Source: Octopus sinensis (taxonomy: Eukaryota). Taken from it: 64,000 nucleotides of DNA. The stretch lies in contig NC_043008.1 of NCBI RefSeq assembly GCF_006345805.1, positions 31,992,001 to 32,056,000 on the forward strand, in the 5' to 3' direction. The notes under the pieces were generated by a model. That model saw only the letters and a program-made list of their open reading frames with translations. It was not told where the DNA came from and did no database searches. Shown in pieces: positions 35,470 to 49,551 of this stretch. The first letter of the stretch is position 1. Every line of letters starts with the position of its first letter. The translations under genes were made by a program, and so were the position numbers.

Positions 35470-37206
35470 TAATTCTAATCTGAGGTTTAGAAAATCTTCA
35501 CAAAAGATTCTTGCATTGTATTATCTTTCACTTGTTTCAGTCATTAGACAGCAGCCATGCAGGGGCACCATCTTGAAGAATTTGCAGTCAAATGAATCAA
35601 CTCCAGTACTGATTTTTTTAAAGCCTGGTACTTATTCTATCTGTCTCTTTTGATGAACTGCTAAGTTATGGGGGACATAAAGACACTAACACTGATTGTC
35701 AAGTGGAGGTGAGGGACAAACAGAGACACAAAGGCATACACACATGTGCACATACACAAACTCAAACAAAAACACACACACATGCATATATATATGTGAC
35801 GAGCTTCTTTCAGTTTCCATCTACCAAATCCACTCACAAGGCTTTAGTCGACCTGAGGCTATAGTAGACGACACTTGCCCAAGATGCCATGCAGTGGGCC
35901 TGAACCCTAAACCATGTGGTTGGGAAGCAAGCTTCTTAGCATGTAGCCATGATTGGAAGTCATAATTCAGATGCTAACATTTGGGCTGTACCAAAGGGGT
36001 AACAAAATTTTTTTTATTTACTATTTTATAATTTAGATGTTATTTCTAGCAAGTCAGGCATGTAAAGATTTCTTCATTGGCCCAAGAGTGCTGAGAAATT
36101 AGAAATTGGTAGAGCACCACACTAAATGTCTTGCTGAAGCCAGATCCATTTTGTTAATAAATCTTGTCTCACAAAGTATTGGTTAGCCCATGACTATAGA
36201 AGAAGGCACATTCCCAAGGTACTGTGCAGTGGGATTGAAACTAGAACTTCATGGTTTTTGAAGTGAATTTCTTAACTGCACAACAATACATTAATGTCTA
36301 CTTAAGATAAACTATTAGTAAATTTGAGGCTAATTCATGGAAGATTTGGGAAATGGTGTGAAATTATCAAATTAGTGTGTGTGAGTGAGTTTATGGGCTG
36401 TATGGAAAAAGAATTATGGTATTGTTGATTCTGCAAATAATCACCAACATTATCACCGTGTTTGTCACTAAGTGTATGCAATAATCTGCACATAGTCACT
36501 TTAACTGCTGGAGGAAGTAGTCAAATCTCTTCTCCTTCCAACACATCTTCCTATCCTTAAAGAAGGAAAGAGCATCTATACAGTATTCAGCCTATTGGAA
36601 TTAACTACCAAATCTCCCACAAATCACTTCCTATCATTTTAAATATACAGACAGGCATGGTGATGTTTGTTTGGAACATTTTAAATCTAAAGTGTGTTGG
36701 GTGGGCTGAATTGGGACTAAAGAACATTGACAATGTGGAAGGAGGGACACATTAGGTACAGTAGTCTTAGCTATACTATGTCTGAAACAAAATATGGAAT
36801 AGTTGCAGCTGGAAAATAAGTCCCGGGGTTGATTTGTTCAGCTAAATCCTTTAAGGTAGTGCCCTGGCATGGCCACAGTCCAATGATTGAAGCAAATAAA
36901 AGATTACTGTGATGATCTTATTCATTAAATTCCCCGCCTCCACCTTCAGTGATGTTGTCCCCCAATTCAGATTCCTAGATCAGAGGTTTCACTAAGCTGT
37001 GATTAGTTAATATATTAAAAGATGCCAAGCTAAGTTTAGTTAAATTATGGAAATAGCTAAAAAAAAATGCATGTTGGCAAGTTTCCATATATAGATGACT
37101 GGATTTTATCTTGCCTGATAGAGCGATAATAAACAATGTTGTGTTTATACACTATTAACTGTGAACAGGGAAGTGAAAACATGTAAGACTGGATTAGTTT
37201 ATATAT

Positions 37207-37239
<33 letters not shown>

Positions 37240-39231
37240 TATATGTATATAATGTGACAGATTAAAGCTGGGATTAACTACTGGTGGCTAGACAGGTTCT
37301 CTTCTACCAATCAGCAGTAGTTGTATGTGAGGTGATGCTTTATTAACCTCTCAGCTGTAAACTCCAGTGAGCCTGTCTCATATTAGGTATTTGCACTTGA
37401 TCAGTATTTGTCTTGTTATTCTTGTATATAACACTAGGCTGGCTCTGATCCTGCTATCGTATATTCAAAAAAGTTCTAGATGTGATCACCCTGCTTGTTT
37501 TTGTTTGTTTTTAAAAAATAAAGACTCTAGGATTTGTTGTTATTTAGCAGCAGGTTGGCCTTGATCAAGCAGACCTATGATTCAAGATATTCCAGTCATG
37601 ACCATCCTGTCTTTTTTTCTCACAGATTTTGTGTATCTAGGATTACATTATTTCATGTGTCCTACTTTTTGTTGTTGTTGTTTAGTTAGCTGTGATCCAG
37701 AAAAATCTATGATCAAAAGTGTATTAGCCATGATTGTCATGTCAGTAGTTTAGTTGATAGAAGTACCCTATCAAATATGTCATTCTCTTTTCTGTGATAT
37801 TAGGAAGATTTGGTTGCTATTTCTAGCTGAGCATTTAAAGTGACTACATAGAGGTTTCTTCATTAGCTTGTATTGGCTCCTCCAATTAAAAATACATTGT
37901 AAAAAGCAGTGATATCCTTTACCATTTGTTACTGACTTGATCAAACCCTTTTTCAAAAGTATGATACAAAGCATTTCAGTTGTGAGCATTTTTTTTTAAA
38001 CCTGCTATATTTTGAACTATATTATGTAGTGTTTCTTTACTTTTTGTTATTTTTTTTAAAAGAAAAAGATGGGGAAGGTGTGATTTCAAGGGAGTTTGAC
38101 TACTATTTCTTGTAGGCTTACTAACCACATAGGTGCAGGTGGGGCTGTGTGGTTATAAGAAACTTGCTTTTCAATCTCTTGGTTCCAAGTTTAGTCCCAT
38201 TGTATGGTACTTTGAGCAAGTGGGGTGGAATAGTGCATGTGAAAGAAATTGCAAATAATTTGTTTTTTGCATTTGCTGAGCTGTTAGAGCTTGCAGTATT
38301 TGTTCTGATTACACTTTGTAACAATTTTTTTCTTTTTGGATTTTTGGCTAGTAAGTGTTATTTCCTATTTGCTTCTATCTAGAAATCAAAGGAAATAACT
38401 GCTATACCCTTCAAACTTTGCTTCCGTAACCTATTTTCCATTAAATTTCAAACATATTCAGAGCTGAGTTGCTAAAGCAGAGTTTTCTAGAACTTTCCAG
38501 AAGTTTCTAAAAGTTTCAAGAATTTCTAGAACATTCTGGCAATATAGATGGCATGGTAAATTCAGCTGTCCAAGTTTGAGGACAGCAAAGTTTGAAGGAA
38601 ATATTATCCATTTTTCATATTTTCTAGGGTATGCAAGTAGGAAATAACAGCTGCTACCCAAGGACAAAAATTATGTTACACAGTGTTATCTGTGTTCTGA
38701 GTTCAAACCACACTTTGTATTTCATTCTATCAGGATTGATAAAATGGTACCAATCTAGGTTGATGGATTAGTGGGATTGATGAAATTGTAAGAATGTCAG
38801 ATTCAGTACCTTAATGTGCTGCTTCTAACTCTTTGTGTTCTGAGTTCAAATCCTGCTGTAGCCTATTCAGGTGATAGACATAATCTACTTCCTGGCACCT
38901 TGGGTATTTTTAGCAGAATACACTCTGTTGCAAGCATTTGGTCTTGGTCCCTGGTTTGAAACTCTCTCTCTCCTCTCTCTCCTCAGATTTTGTGAAGAAT
39001 CATTGTTGTTACTGCTTAAAAGCAAAAGCCAGCAGAATAAATGAGAGGAACACTTTTTTTTTCTGCTTCCTTTAAATTTTAGTCATATTAACTGCGTTGA
39101 ATATGTTTACCCAAATATTAAGACTGGTTTTCTTCTTTTAAGAAATCTGTGATGAATTATGAATAATATAATTGTGATTGAGATGACTAATAATTAATCT
39201 TAGCTGTTGTTTTGACGTTCATTTTTTACAG

Positions 39232-39266
39232 TGGAGATAAGATCACAAAATACTATAATCGGCTTT
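39232..39266 (+). other. Candidate 35-nt exon
   Basis: ttgac branch-like motif, ttcattttttacag|TGGAG...GGCTTT|gtgagt. Two frames are open (GDKITKYYNRL or EIRSQNTIIGF). Confidence 0.35.
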
Positions 39267-42200
39267 GTGAGTTTAAATTTAAAGATGAATGTAGTTCATG
39301 TGTGTGTGTCACTATAGTAGGTGAGCACATGGTCATGTGGTTAATTACAATTATGTGGTTCCAGGTTTCATTTAACTATATTAGACTTTAACCTTTCAGC
39401 GTTTAAACCAGCCATATCTGGCCTAAATATTCTATGTAGCCCAAATGTTCAATGTGACCAGAATCAACCTCTCACTCCTGCACTACAATGTCATTCTAAA
39501 AATAGTCACATCATTGAAATGTCAAAACTATAAGATAATAATATATGACTAATCCAGAAGGCATGGTTGTGTGGTAAGAAGCTTGCTTCCCAACCACATG
39601 GTTCCGGATTCAGTCCCACTGTATGGCATCTTAGGCAAGTGTCTTCTACTATAGCATTGGGCTGATCAAAGCCTTGTGAGTGGATTTGGTAGATGGAAAC
39701 TGAAAGAAGCCCATGTATATATATATATGTGTCTGTGTTTGTCCCCACCATCACCGCTTGACAACCAATGCTGGTGTGTTTATATTCCTGTAACTTAGCA
39801 GTTCGGCAAAAGAGATCAATAGAATAAGTACTAGGCTTTTAAAAAATAAGTCCTGGGGTCATATGACTGAAACAAATAAAAGAATAAGTGGTAAAATTGA
39901 GTAAATAAACATAACATTTAAAAGAGTACTGTGGATACTAAGGGGTTAAGCAAGTGTCTTGTTCCATAGCCCCTTGGGTCAACCCAAACCTTTTGGATGA
40001 AGTGATAGATGAAAGCTGCAAAAGCTTATTATTGGACTACATTTGTAACTGAAACTGTCATCTCTGTGTCACACTAAATCTGTCTTGAATAGTATGAGTA
40101 CTAATATTTCTTGAATACTCAGCCTTAAGTAAGTACTTCTATTGATAGAAAAACTGGAATGTTCTTTTGTTTTGGATACAAAAGTTCGTCTGTAACTGTA
40201 CTATTTCGTAACTACCCTACAGTCATTTGGAACGCCTTACTGTTGATAGAGTTACTGTTACCATGAGAAGCATTACAGTAATTCATTTGTTAGTCCACCT
40301 ATACAGTTTCACATGAATGTGTGTTTGTGGTACTGTAATAGCTCTACTACTCCCTAACCGTCTCCCTAATAATTTTGAACTCCAGACTGTTTATAGAGCT
40401 GTTATTGTCGTAAGGAGACTTAACTCTTTAGCATTCAGATTTCTTTGTCAAAACTAATGCTCATTTATTAACATTGTTTTGAATTTCATGCATTATCTTG
40501 AATCTTCAAGATTTCAATGGTATGTTTGCATGTTTTTAGAATGACTTTGTAGAATAGGTGAGTTTGGATCTGGTCATTTAAAACAAGTAGAATATTTGGG
40601 CTGGATATGGATAGATTAAATGCTAAATGGTAAAGTGATTCCTTTGTGAGTTAGTGTTGACAGCCTAAGTTTTTAATTCAATGTCTTGCAGATTTTGGCT
40701 CAAATTTGTCAAAACTTTTTAAAGTGAAGGAAGCATCTATGTTTAAAATTCTTTTTTGTTGACTAGTAAGCACAGTTGGGATTGTATGATAAAGAAGCTT
40801 GCTTCTCAACCATGCGGTCTTGGGTTCAGTCTCACTGCACACAGCACCTTAGGCTAATGTCTTCTACTATAACCCTGAGTTTATCAAAGTCTCATGAGTG
40901 GATTTGGTCGACGGAAACTGAAAGAAGCCCATCATATGTGTATGTGTGAACCCTTGTCTAGACACCATGTGATGGTTATCAACGAGCATTGCCATCACAG
41001 AAGTAATATTGTTTGCTTCCAGTCTTCTATGAAAAACATAATCTGTCCATGAAGAAATATTATCTTACTTGAAAACAGGTGAAGGTTGGTGATGGAAAGG
41101 GCATCTGGCCATACAAAACCTGTCTCAACAAATTCCATCTGACCCATGCAAGCATGGAAGAAAAGTAGATATTAAGCTATGATGACTACCAAAAGTACGG
41201 TATTGCAATAGCTGCTGTCATTATGCCATCCTATGAATTATAAATTGATTGAATAAAAAAAATCATTCTTCTAAGAAACTAAGTGGTGGTCTGTGTCCAT
41301 GAAAATTATTTTCTCAAGTTTGTAAATTTGGATAAGTTGTTGTGATGTGAGCAAATGAAAATATTGACAAAGAGCTTTGCTTGAGACATAAGGATCCTTA
41401 TCTCCTCGCAACTTCATGAACTTCATTTAATTGATCAACCCTTTAGCATTCACATTATTTTGTCAAAAGTAAATATTTCTTTCTTCATTAATCATGCATT
41501 ATCTTGTGGGTTTGCGATTTTAATGAGGTAACTATTCATTTCCAGAACGATATTGTAGTGTTGGTGTAAGAGGCTTGATCTGGACAGTTTGAACATAAAA
41601 CAGGTAGAATATTTGAGCCAAATATGGCCAGTTTAAATGCTAAAGGCTTAAAGACAAGTTATAATCACATCCACTGTTGAATATGAATCACCTTGTGAAA
41701 AATCAAAAAAAAACACAAAACCTTAAAACTTACTTGAAATCTTCCTTTTCATTTTGCCTTCTTTGGAATATTAGTACGTTCTACCTTCTCTAGTTGTTAG
41801 CTTCTTCCTACTTCTCACATCTAACATCACTGACTTCTGACCCTCTCATTTTCCTCTTTGTTTGTCAATTTCTGATTCTCTCATGTCACTCTCATTTCAG
41901 TTCCTTACCATATACTTTCCTACTGTCCTGGCAGCAGAACTGACAAGACTGTTTTTCTCCTTCATCTTCATTCCCAGACAAAAGGCAAAGACCTCAAAAT
42001 GTTCTAATATTTCTTCACTTTTCATCACAATTGCATTTATGAAAAATCTATGAACTCTCCTGTTTCAAAAGTATTAGTTAAATTCTTCACTTCTACCATT
42101 CCAGATGAGTCTAAAGCATAAGTCCAAGTGTATCACTTACCCTTTATTCAACAATTATTTACTCTCTCTCTCTCTTTTTCCATTTCTATGTCTGTTTGTC

Positions 42201-44697
42201 TCTCTTTGGTTATTACTCATTGTTTATTGTTTCCTAAGCTGTCTTGAACTTTAAAACTAAGGCATGTCATTAGTTAGGTCACTAATGTATTAAGAAGTGT
42301 AGGATTGTTGTTTTTAAGTCCGAGGTTAGCCCTACTGAGTACATCTGTGATGAAAGGCATTCTAGCCATGATCACACTGTCCTCTGAGGTATTGTCTATC
42401 TAGGGTATATTTCTGGATGGTAGCCTGTAATTTTAGAGATTCAGTTCTTTCTAGTCTGTTGAGCAACCAGATAAACATTTTTTTTTGCCTGAGATTGTAA
42501 GGTTGTTTAGTTAGAGGTCAGCCCTGATTGAGCATTCTAACATTAACCATCCCTTTCTTTATATTAGGAGTATGTATGACTCTATCATCTGATTTGCCCT
42601 TAATATAACACATTAGGGAGATTTGGCTGCTAGTTCTAACCATTCAAGTGACCACTTGTATTATCCCTCATTGACTCAATTTTCTTATTTGTCAGGATTC
42701 TTGAGTAGTTTGTTTAGAGTTTTGGTTGCTGTAGTGGAATTTTGAGCAATTACTCCAAAGTTTCTTCAGTGATCCATAGTGGAGCTGATGCCCCAAAAAT
42801 TCATCTTTTACTCTTTTCATTGTTTCAGTCATTAGACTGTAGCCATGCTGGGGCACTGTAGATAATTACTACATCACAGTTACATAGTTGCATCATGGTA
42901 ATTACTCATTCACCCTATCCAATTCCTTGCACCACTTTTATTCATTTTCCTGAAGCTACCCTCTGATATCTTTGCCACCTTCTTCACTCTTTTCCAACAA
43001 TATTGTTCCTGACCCTCTGTCATACTTTTAGCCACTTGGCATTTAGCCCTGGCATTAAGCCACTTCCTTCAAGACTACAATTTCCTCAGTTGACAGGGAG
43101 TCTTTGTCTTGCAAGTTACTTGGTGACCTCACTGGTGCTGGTGCCATGTAAAAAGCACCCAGTACACTCTGTAAAACAATTGGCATTAGGAAGAATATGC
43201 CAAAGAACCCTTGCCAAATCAGACTTTGAAACTTGGTGCAAGCCTTTGATTTGCCAACCTCTACTGAACCATCCAACTCATGCCAACATGGAAAATGGAT
43301 GTTAAATGATCATGATGAGTATATATCCTATAATTTCATTGCTTAGTAATTCCATTGTGAGCACTTGACACATTATTGGTAAATTCTTCATCATTTGTTT
43401 TACTCATGTAATAAATATATTAAATATTGTCCAAAGTTTTTATTCTTAGAGTAAATACATAAATTCAGACAAAAGAAAAAATAATTATTGATATCAAATT
43501 TACTCAATATGTACCCGAAAAACACCCCCACTTTTAAATTGGAGAAAAGAAGAAACAAAAAGCAAATTTTTAACAATGACTTTTAAATAACGTATTTTGC
43601 AGGCAACTGTCTTAAAAATTTTTGTGTATGTGTGATGTGAAATTTTTCTACATAAGCAGTGTACTGTTTGTGAAAGTGCATGGCCTAGTGGTGAGGGTGC
43701 TATACTCACAGTCATAAGATTGTGGTTTCACTTCCTAGACTGATCAGTCTGTTGTGTTCTTGAGCAGAACATTTCATTTTGCATTGCATCAGTTCACTTG
43801 GCTGTAAATGAATTCCAGCAATGGATGGGAAGCTAACCTTGTGACAGACTGGCCTTCTGGTCAGGAGGAATGTTGTAATCTAGGTTACTCATACACCAGG
43901 GAAACCAGATTAACCTCTGGCCTTACAAGACTTAGGACTCATGACAGACCCTAATATAGTTTGAGTATTGTTTTACTTCTCAGTTAATTTTTTTCAAGAT
44001 TTCTAAAAATATCCTGATCGTAGTACGGAATTGTTTTGTCCTTCAGTTTCTTTTTCATTGTTAATAAAATGTATGTACTTTGTAAATAAATCACAAAGTT
44101 AAAAACAGTGTTAATACTGCAATGTAACTGTCCGTAAGGAATTTCCAGCAGACTTGCAGATCTCATGTGGAATTGGTTCTACTTCAGAATATAGCTTTGA
44201 AGTTAGTTGTAGACTCATTTCATTCACTTCATCTCACAGTTAGCTATTTCATACTAGTTTCACTGAGATATTTTCTCCAAATTAGATAATATTCTTTTTG
44301 CAACTTAGTATTCTTAGTGGCAGTCATCTCTTAACTGTAAAGTTTGAAAGTGAAATTTGTTTGTTAGGTAGACTGACATGAGCTTAGTTGTGTTCTTGCT
44401 GCATAAGGTTTTGAACTGTTAACTGATCTGGTTTGTAGTGTTGAAACTTTGTCAACACAGCAAAGGTGGATGGTATGAGAAACCACTCAGGTGTGTGTGT
44501 GATCTGACTGAATTCATGATACATCATAATGGTTACTTGACTGTTGGTCTGTTTGTTTTGAGGCTGACCTGGGGCAAACAACAGCAACAACAACAAACTT
44601 ATAAAAAAAAAACCCAAAACTGAAAAACCAACAAATCAGAGTCTATGACATTTTTTTGAGTCATGACAAAAGCATGAACCTGAATTTATTTACTTAC

Positions 44698-44721
44698 TTT
44701 GACTGAATTTTTATCAGCTGA
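44698..44721 (-). other. Candidate 24-nt microexon
   Basis: Minus strand ttttatttatatcatttgtag|TCAGCTGATAAAAATTCAGTCAAA|gtaagt. Reads SADKNSVK in phase 0. Confidence 0.3.
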
Positions 44722-45167
44722 CTACAAATGATATAAATAAAACACCTCTACTTTCTGTCCTGCTGTCTTCAACTGTCTCACCACCCCCTCGCTATCACCA
44801 TACATACAAGTTCAGTATTTATATTGGTTGAGGTCTTCCTATGTTCATTGTATGATGTCATTATCATGGGTGATATCCATTATTGTTTCTGTCACTATTT
44901 AGCTCATGAAACTGCTTTATTAATTGTTCTTGTCTTTTTTTTTATTTGTAACTTTTGCTTTATTATTTTGGTTAATGTTTTTTTTTTTATTAAATATTAA
45001 ATATAAGTTTTTAGTTTAATGAAATGAGTAAATCAGAATAACAATATCTACTGTATATAGTAACTCACTTTTATCTGTCCCATTCATATTCTGTACTAAT
45101 TAACTTTCATTTTTATCATCATTATATTTTCTCTTTTTTTTTTTTTTGTCCAAATTTTATTTTAAAG

Positions 45168-45270
45168 ATTTGAAAATAAACACATTGCTGTGGGTTAGTA
45201 AATTCACTTCTCAATCAATTTGATTGAGAAGTGAATTTACTAACCCACAGCAATGTGTTTATTTTCAAAT
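45168..45270. repeat. Perfect palindrome: 51-bp arms, 1-nt spacer
   Basis: 45168-45218 is the exact reverse complement of 45220-45270. Confidence 0.95.
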
Positions 45271-45279
45271 AAACAATAA

Positions 45280-45465
45280 TGGACTTCCACATAGTTTCCA
45301 TCATCTACATTGCACTTACAAGGCTATGGTTGACATAACCCAAAGACAATGGTTAAAGACACTTTTATTGAACCTTGGCCAAGTGTCTTTAACCATTGTC
45401 TTTGGGTTATGTCAACCATAGCCTTGTAAGTGCAATGTAGATGATGGAAACTATGTGGAAGTCCA
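45280..45465. repeat. Perfect inverted repeat: 85-bp arms, 16-nt loop
   Basis: 45280-45364 is the exact reverse complement of 45381-45465. The loop plus right arm is a diverged SINE A body. Confidence 0.95.
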
Positions 45466-46005
45466 CCATATATTTTCCTGTTTTTGGTGTTTATGTATAC
45501 ACCAGTCTAAAACCAGTGTTATTTAGAGAATGGTAAAATAAGACACTACAAGTCCTGCGGTTGAATCCAAACATGGCATCAGTGTTATGATTAAAATGAG
45601 TAAAAGAATGACATATGTTTTATCTTTTACTTGTTTCAGTCATTAGACTGTGGCCATGCTGGGGCACCACCTTGAAGAACTTTTAATCAAATGATTCAAC
45701 CTTAGTACTTATTTTTTTTTTTAAAACCTGATATTTATTCTATTGGGGTCTTTTGCCAAGCCACTAAGTTATTGGGATGCAGACACACTAGCATTGATTG
45801 TCAAGCGGTGGTGGGGGACAAATACAGACACAAATCACACACACATGATGGCCTTCTTTCATTTTCTGTCTACCAAATCCACTCAAGGCTTTGGTTGGCC
45901 TGATGCTATAGTAGAGGACACTTGGCCATGGTGTCATGCAGTGGGACCGAACCTGAAACTATGAGGTTGGGAAGCATGATTTTACCACACAGCCATGCCT
46001 GTTTC

Positions 46006-46042
<37 letters not shown>

Positions 46043-48623
46043 AATGTGGGTGGATGCAAATGTTGGTCTGTGTAAAACACCAAAAGGTGCTCGATACACA
46101 CATCCTCTAGAGATAAGTGTGTGTGTGAATATATATTTATTGAGTATTTTTTGCCCAGATATACTTTGCTTTTTTACAAATAAATATTTGCACTAGAGTG
46201 CAATCAGCTAAAAATTTTAAAGACAGTGCCCCATGGTTGTATGTATTGTCTCATGGTTATATTGGTTAGAGACTGAGAATTGTAGATGTTTGAGTCTTTA
46301 ACCCTATAACATTTAAACCAGCCAAATCCAGTTTCCTAGACCTTCCCTACTATGCCATTCTAAAAATAAGCAATGACATCATCAAAATCTTGAAGTTACC
46401 AGATAATGCATGATTAATTCAAACCATTGTGAATAAATAAGTATTATATTTGACAGAGTAATCTGAATGTAAAAGTGTTAAGAAGGTGCTTATTGGTTTT
46501 TATCTGATAAGTTGCACTGCTCTTTTATTACAAGACTCTGTACTCTGAATGACTTTCTCCTTAGGTAATAAATAGGGATTCATTTCCTATTTATTGCTCT
46601 CTAGTCATTTATCATTTCTGACAAAGTGGCTGCTATTACACACTTACACAAATATATTCTAGATGGTACCCCTCCTACACATGTACACACATTGGTAGAT
46701 GTCCCTGAAATCACACTCCACTTCAGAAAAGGGCACATTGGATACTTTAGACACACACTATGTTGAAAATTACACATGATAATCACAGCTGGAACATCTT
46801 TGCTCATTGGTTTGGTGGGTTAGAGATGACCTGAAGCTTAATCCTTTAGTATTTAACTTGGCCATATCTGGCCCAAATATTCTACCAGTTTTATGTTAAA
46901 ACTGGTCAGATCTGGCCCAATATTGTATCAGTTTTATGTTCAAACTGGCTGAATCTGGCCTCTTACACCTTTCCTACTATACCATTCTAAAATATACAAT
47001 CACATCATTGAAATCTTAAAGCTATAAGATAATATATAATCAATTCAAAACAATGTGAATCAATAAGCATTACATTTGACAGAATAATCTGAATGTCAAA
47101 GGGTTAACAGCAAGGGGCCAATTACGTAACCTGTCAAACCTATCTAGACATGGATATTATTTTTTAAAAAGGTGGAAAGGCAAGACATGTTGGTTCATAT
47201 AGCCATTATACATTATGCCTGACAACAAGATGGGATGGTCACAGTTGAAATACGTTTATCATTAGCCAGCTGGATCAAAGCTGACTTAAGATCACATGTC
47301 ATTAAAAAAAAATGTGACATTTGATTATGTACTGTCTTAGTTACACTGTTTGAAAATAAGATTGTTCAGAGCTGAAATACTTTTGACCATAAAGCTGCTG
47401 ATTCATGATTGGAGTAAAACAAAATACTTGGTTTAATGATTATATGGCAGTGTTAGGTGTTGATGTGTCTTGGTTATGTTTATGTTGATATATTAACAAG
47501 GTTAGTGCTGATGAAATAGACCTATCATCAAGGTTATTTCAGCTTCCACATGTGGGCTCCTGTGTTATTAGCTATAACATTCATTACTTAGCATGACCAT
47601 AGTTTATTCAAGAAAGACGTAAGTGGGTAGTTTGAAGAAGATTTGGCTGTTAATTCCATCATAGAGGCTGTATGTGGTAGGGTAGGAATAACAGTTCGAG
47701 ATAGGGTGGGGACAGTGTGTGTATGTGTGTAGCTTTGTTAGTTTGCAAAAAACACACTTGATAGTCTTAGCACAAGGTTTTTTTTTTTGTTAGTCAGATG
47801 GCTCATCAAAAACTAACTATTATATGTAAGATTAAGAGGGATTAAGTTCAGCTTTTAGTAAGAAGTAATATATTTTGGCTAGCAAACTGAAAGGTCACAT
47901 GTATGTGACCTTTGACCTTTGCCTGTAATTACTATTTTTTCCCTCCTGATGTCAATTACAGTGCTGACTAAACTCTACATGTAAGTGTGTGTGTGTTCAT
48001 GCACCTATATAATTAAGGCTAGTGGCTGACATTCTAAATTTTTTTTTCTGAGAAGTTATTATGATAGATCAATATGTGTGTGTGTGTGTTTAAGTGTTTA
48101 CTTGTATCCATTTACTGTTACATGGCCTATTCTCCTCATACTTCTCCTCCCATTTTCTCTTACTTTCACTTCTCTCTTCATTCCACTCCTTATAACTCAA
48201 CTACAATAACTGCAATAGACTACAAACATTGTTTTGCATATTGTTGAGTCACTTCATTTCTTTTCCCTCTTCTAATAATTAAATATCAAGGATTACTACG
48301 GAATATAAAACAACAGAAACTACAAAAAAATATACCTAATTAAAAAAAAAATTACTAGTATTTTTACTATTATCTACATATCTAAACTATCTACCTATAT
48401 ATTTACATACTTATTAGTAAAATAAGTGCTAGCATACTTAATGTTGTAAAGAAAGAAATTTTGATTAAAATTTTTCCATTAATGATGGGAACAATCATTT
48501 TCTAAATGGCTAATTCTAGTAAGAAAAAGAAACTCGCTAGGGAAGACAACTCTAAAATTTTAATGAATTAAATATGGAGTGTAATGTAGAGGGAATGTGA
48601 TCTTTAATAGCATGATGGTAATA

Positions 48624-49418
48624 TGAGGTATGTTCAAAAAGTATATGACTTTACTTTTTCCTGCCAAGACTAATGTCACATGAGCAAAATCTTTTGGGTG
48701 GGAGGTGGTGTCACCCTTCATGTGCTTGCATGAAAATTTTCACACCTGCAGGCTGTGTCAGTTTGAAGCTGTTACACTTAGAGTGCAGACATATGATGCT
48801 TGCTCATTGAATTCATAGGCAAATCTCAGATCAAGGAGTGATACAACCACTTCTAATATGGCCACACTTCAGTGGAGAGCAAGGCATGCCCAGGCTGGCC
48901 ATCCACAAACTGAAATGAGGAACTGATTGAGAAGGTTTAGTGAATTGTCATAGAAAACAGTTGTGTAACAATCCAGGAAATTGGCCATGTAGTGGAAATA
49001 AACACAGGATCAGCACATTCCATTTTTACGCAAGATTTGTGCCTGTGGAGAATGTCCATGAAATTCATCTCCAAAGTGCTGCCCGAGCAGCAGAAGAAAC
49101 ACTGCATGGAAATTGCTCAAGACACATTGGATTGTGCAAACCCTGAGCCAGATTTCATGAAGACCATCATCATGGGTAATGAGACATGGGTTTAATGGTC
49201 TCTGCATCCAGTTATCTTGTGTAAAAATGAAAATCTGCTGAGCATGCATATGTCTGTACTGTAGGTATAACAGCTGGGAACTGATACAGCTTAATGGTGT
49301 GAAAATATTCACTTGTGCACAGAAAGGGTGGTGTCAACTCCCACCCAAAGGATTTTGCCAATATGGTATTAGTTTTGGTGGGAAAAAATAAAGTCAGATA
49401 CTCTTTGAATGCACCTTC
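48624..49418 (+). mobile_element. mariner transposon, internally deleted
   Basis: TA|TGAGGTATGTTCAAAAAGTAT ... ATACTCTTTGAATGCACCTTC|TA. Peptide HSIFTQDLCLWRMSMKFISKVL..DCANPEPDFMKTIIMGNETWV matches mariner GDETWV. Confidence 0.85.
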
Positions 49419-49551
49419 TATGTATTGTCTATGCCTTGTATGATATAAAATCTGTCAACCTACATATATCTGATAGTCTGAATATATGTATATTTATATA
49501 TTTATGTATGTATCTATACATGTGTGAGGTTTTATATATTTATACACACTC

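Noticed and set aside
43984-44230. CpG-retaining segment as a host exon
   Set aside because: The + strand frames contain stops. The minus frame (EPIPHEICKSAG) looks more like an ancient RTE RT fragment, but too weakly to call.
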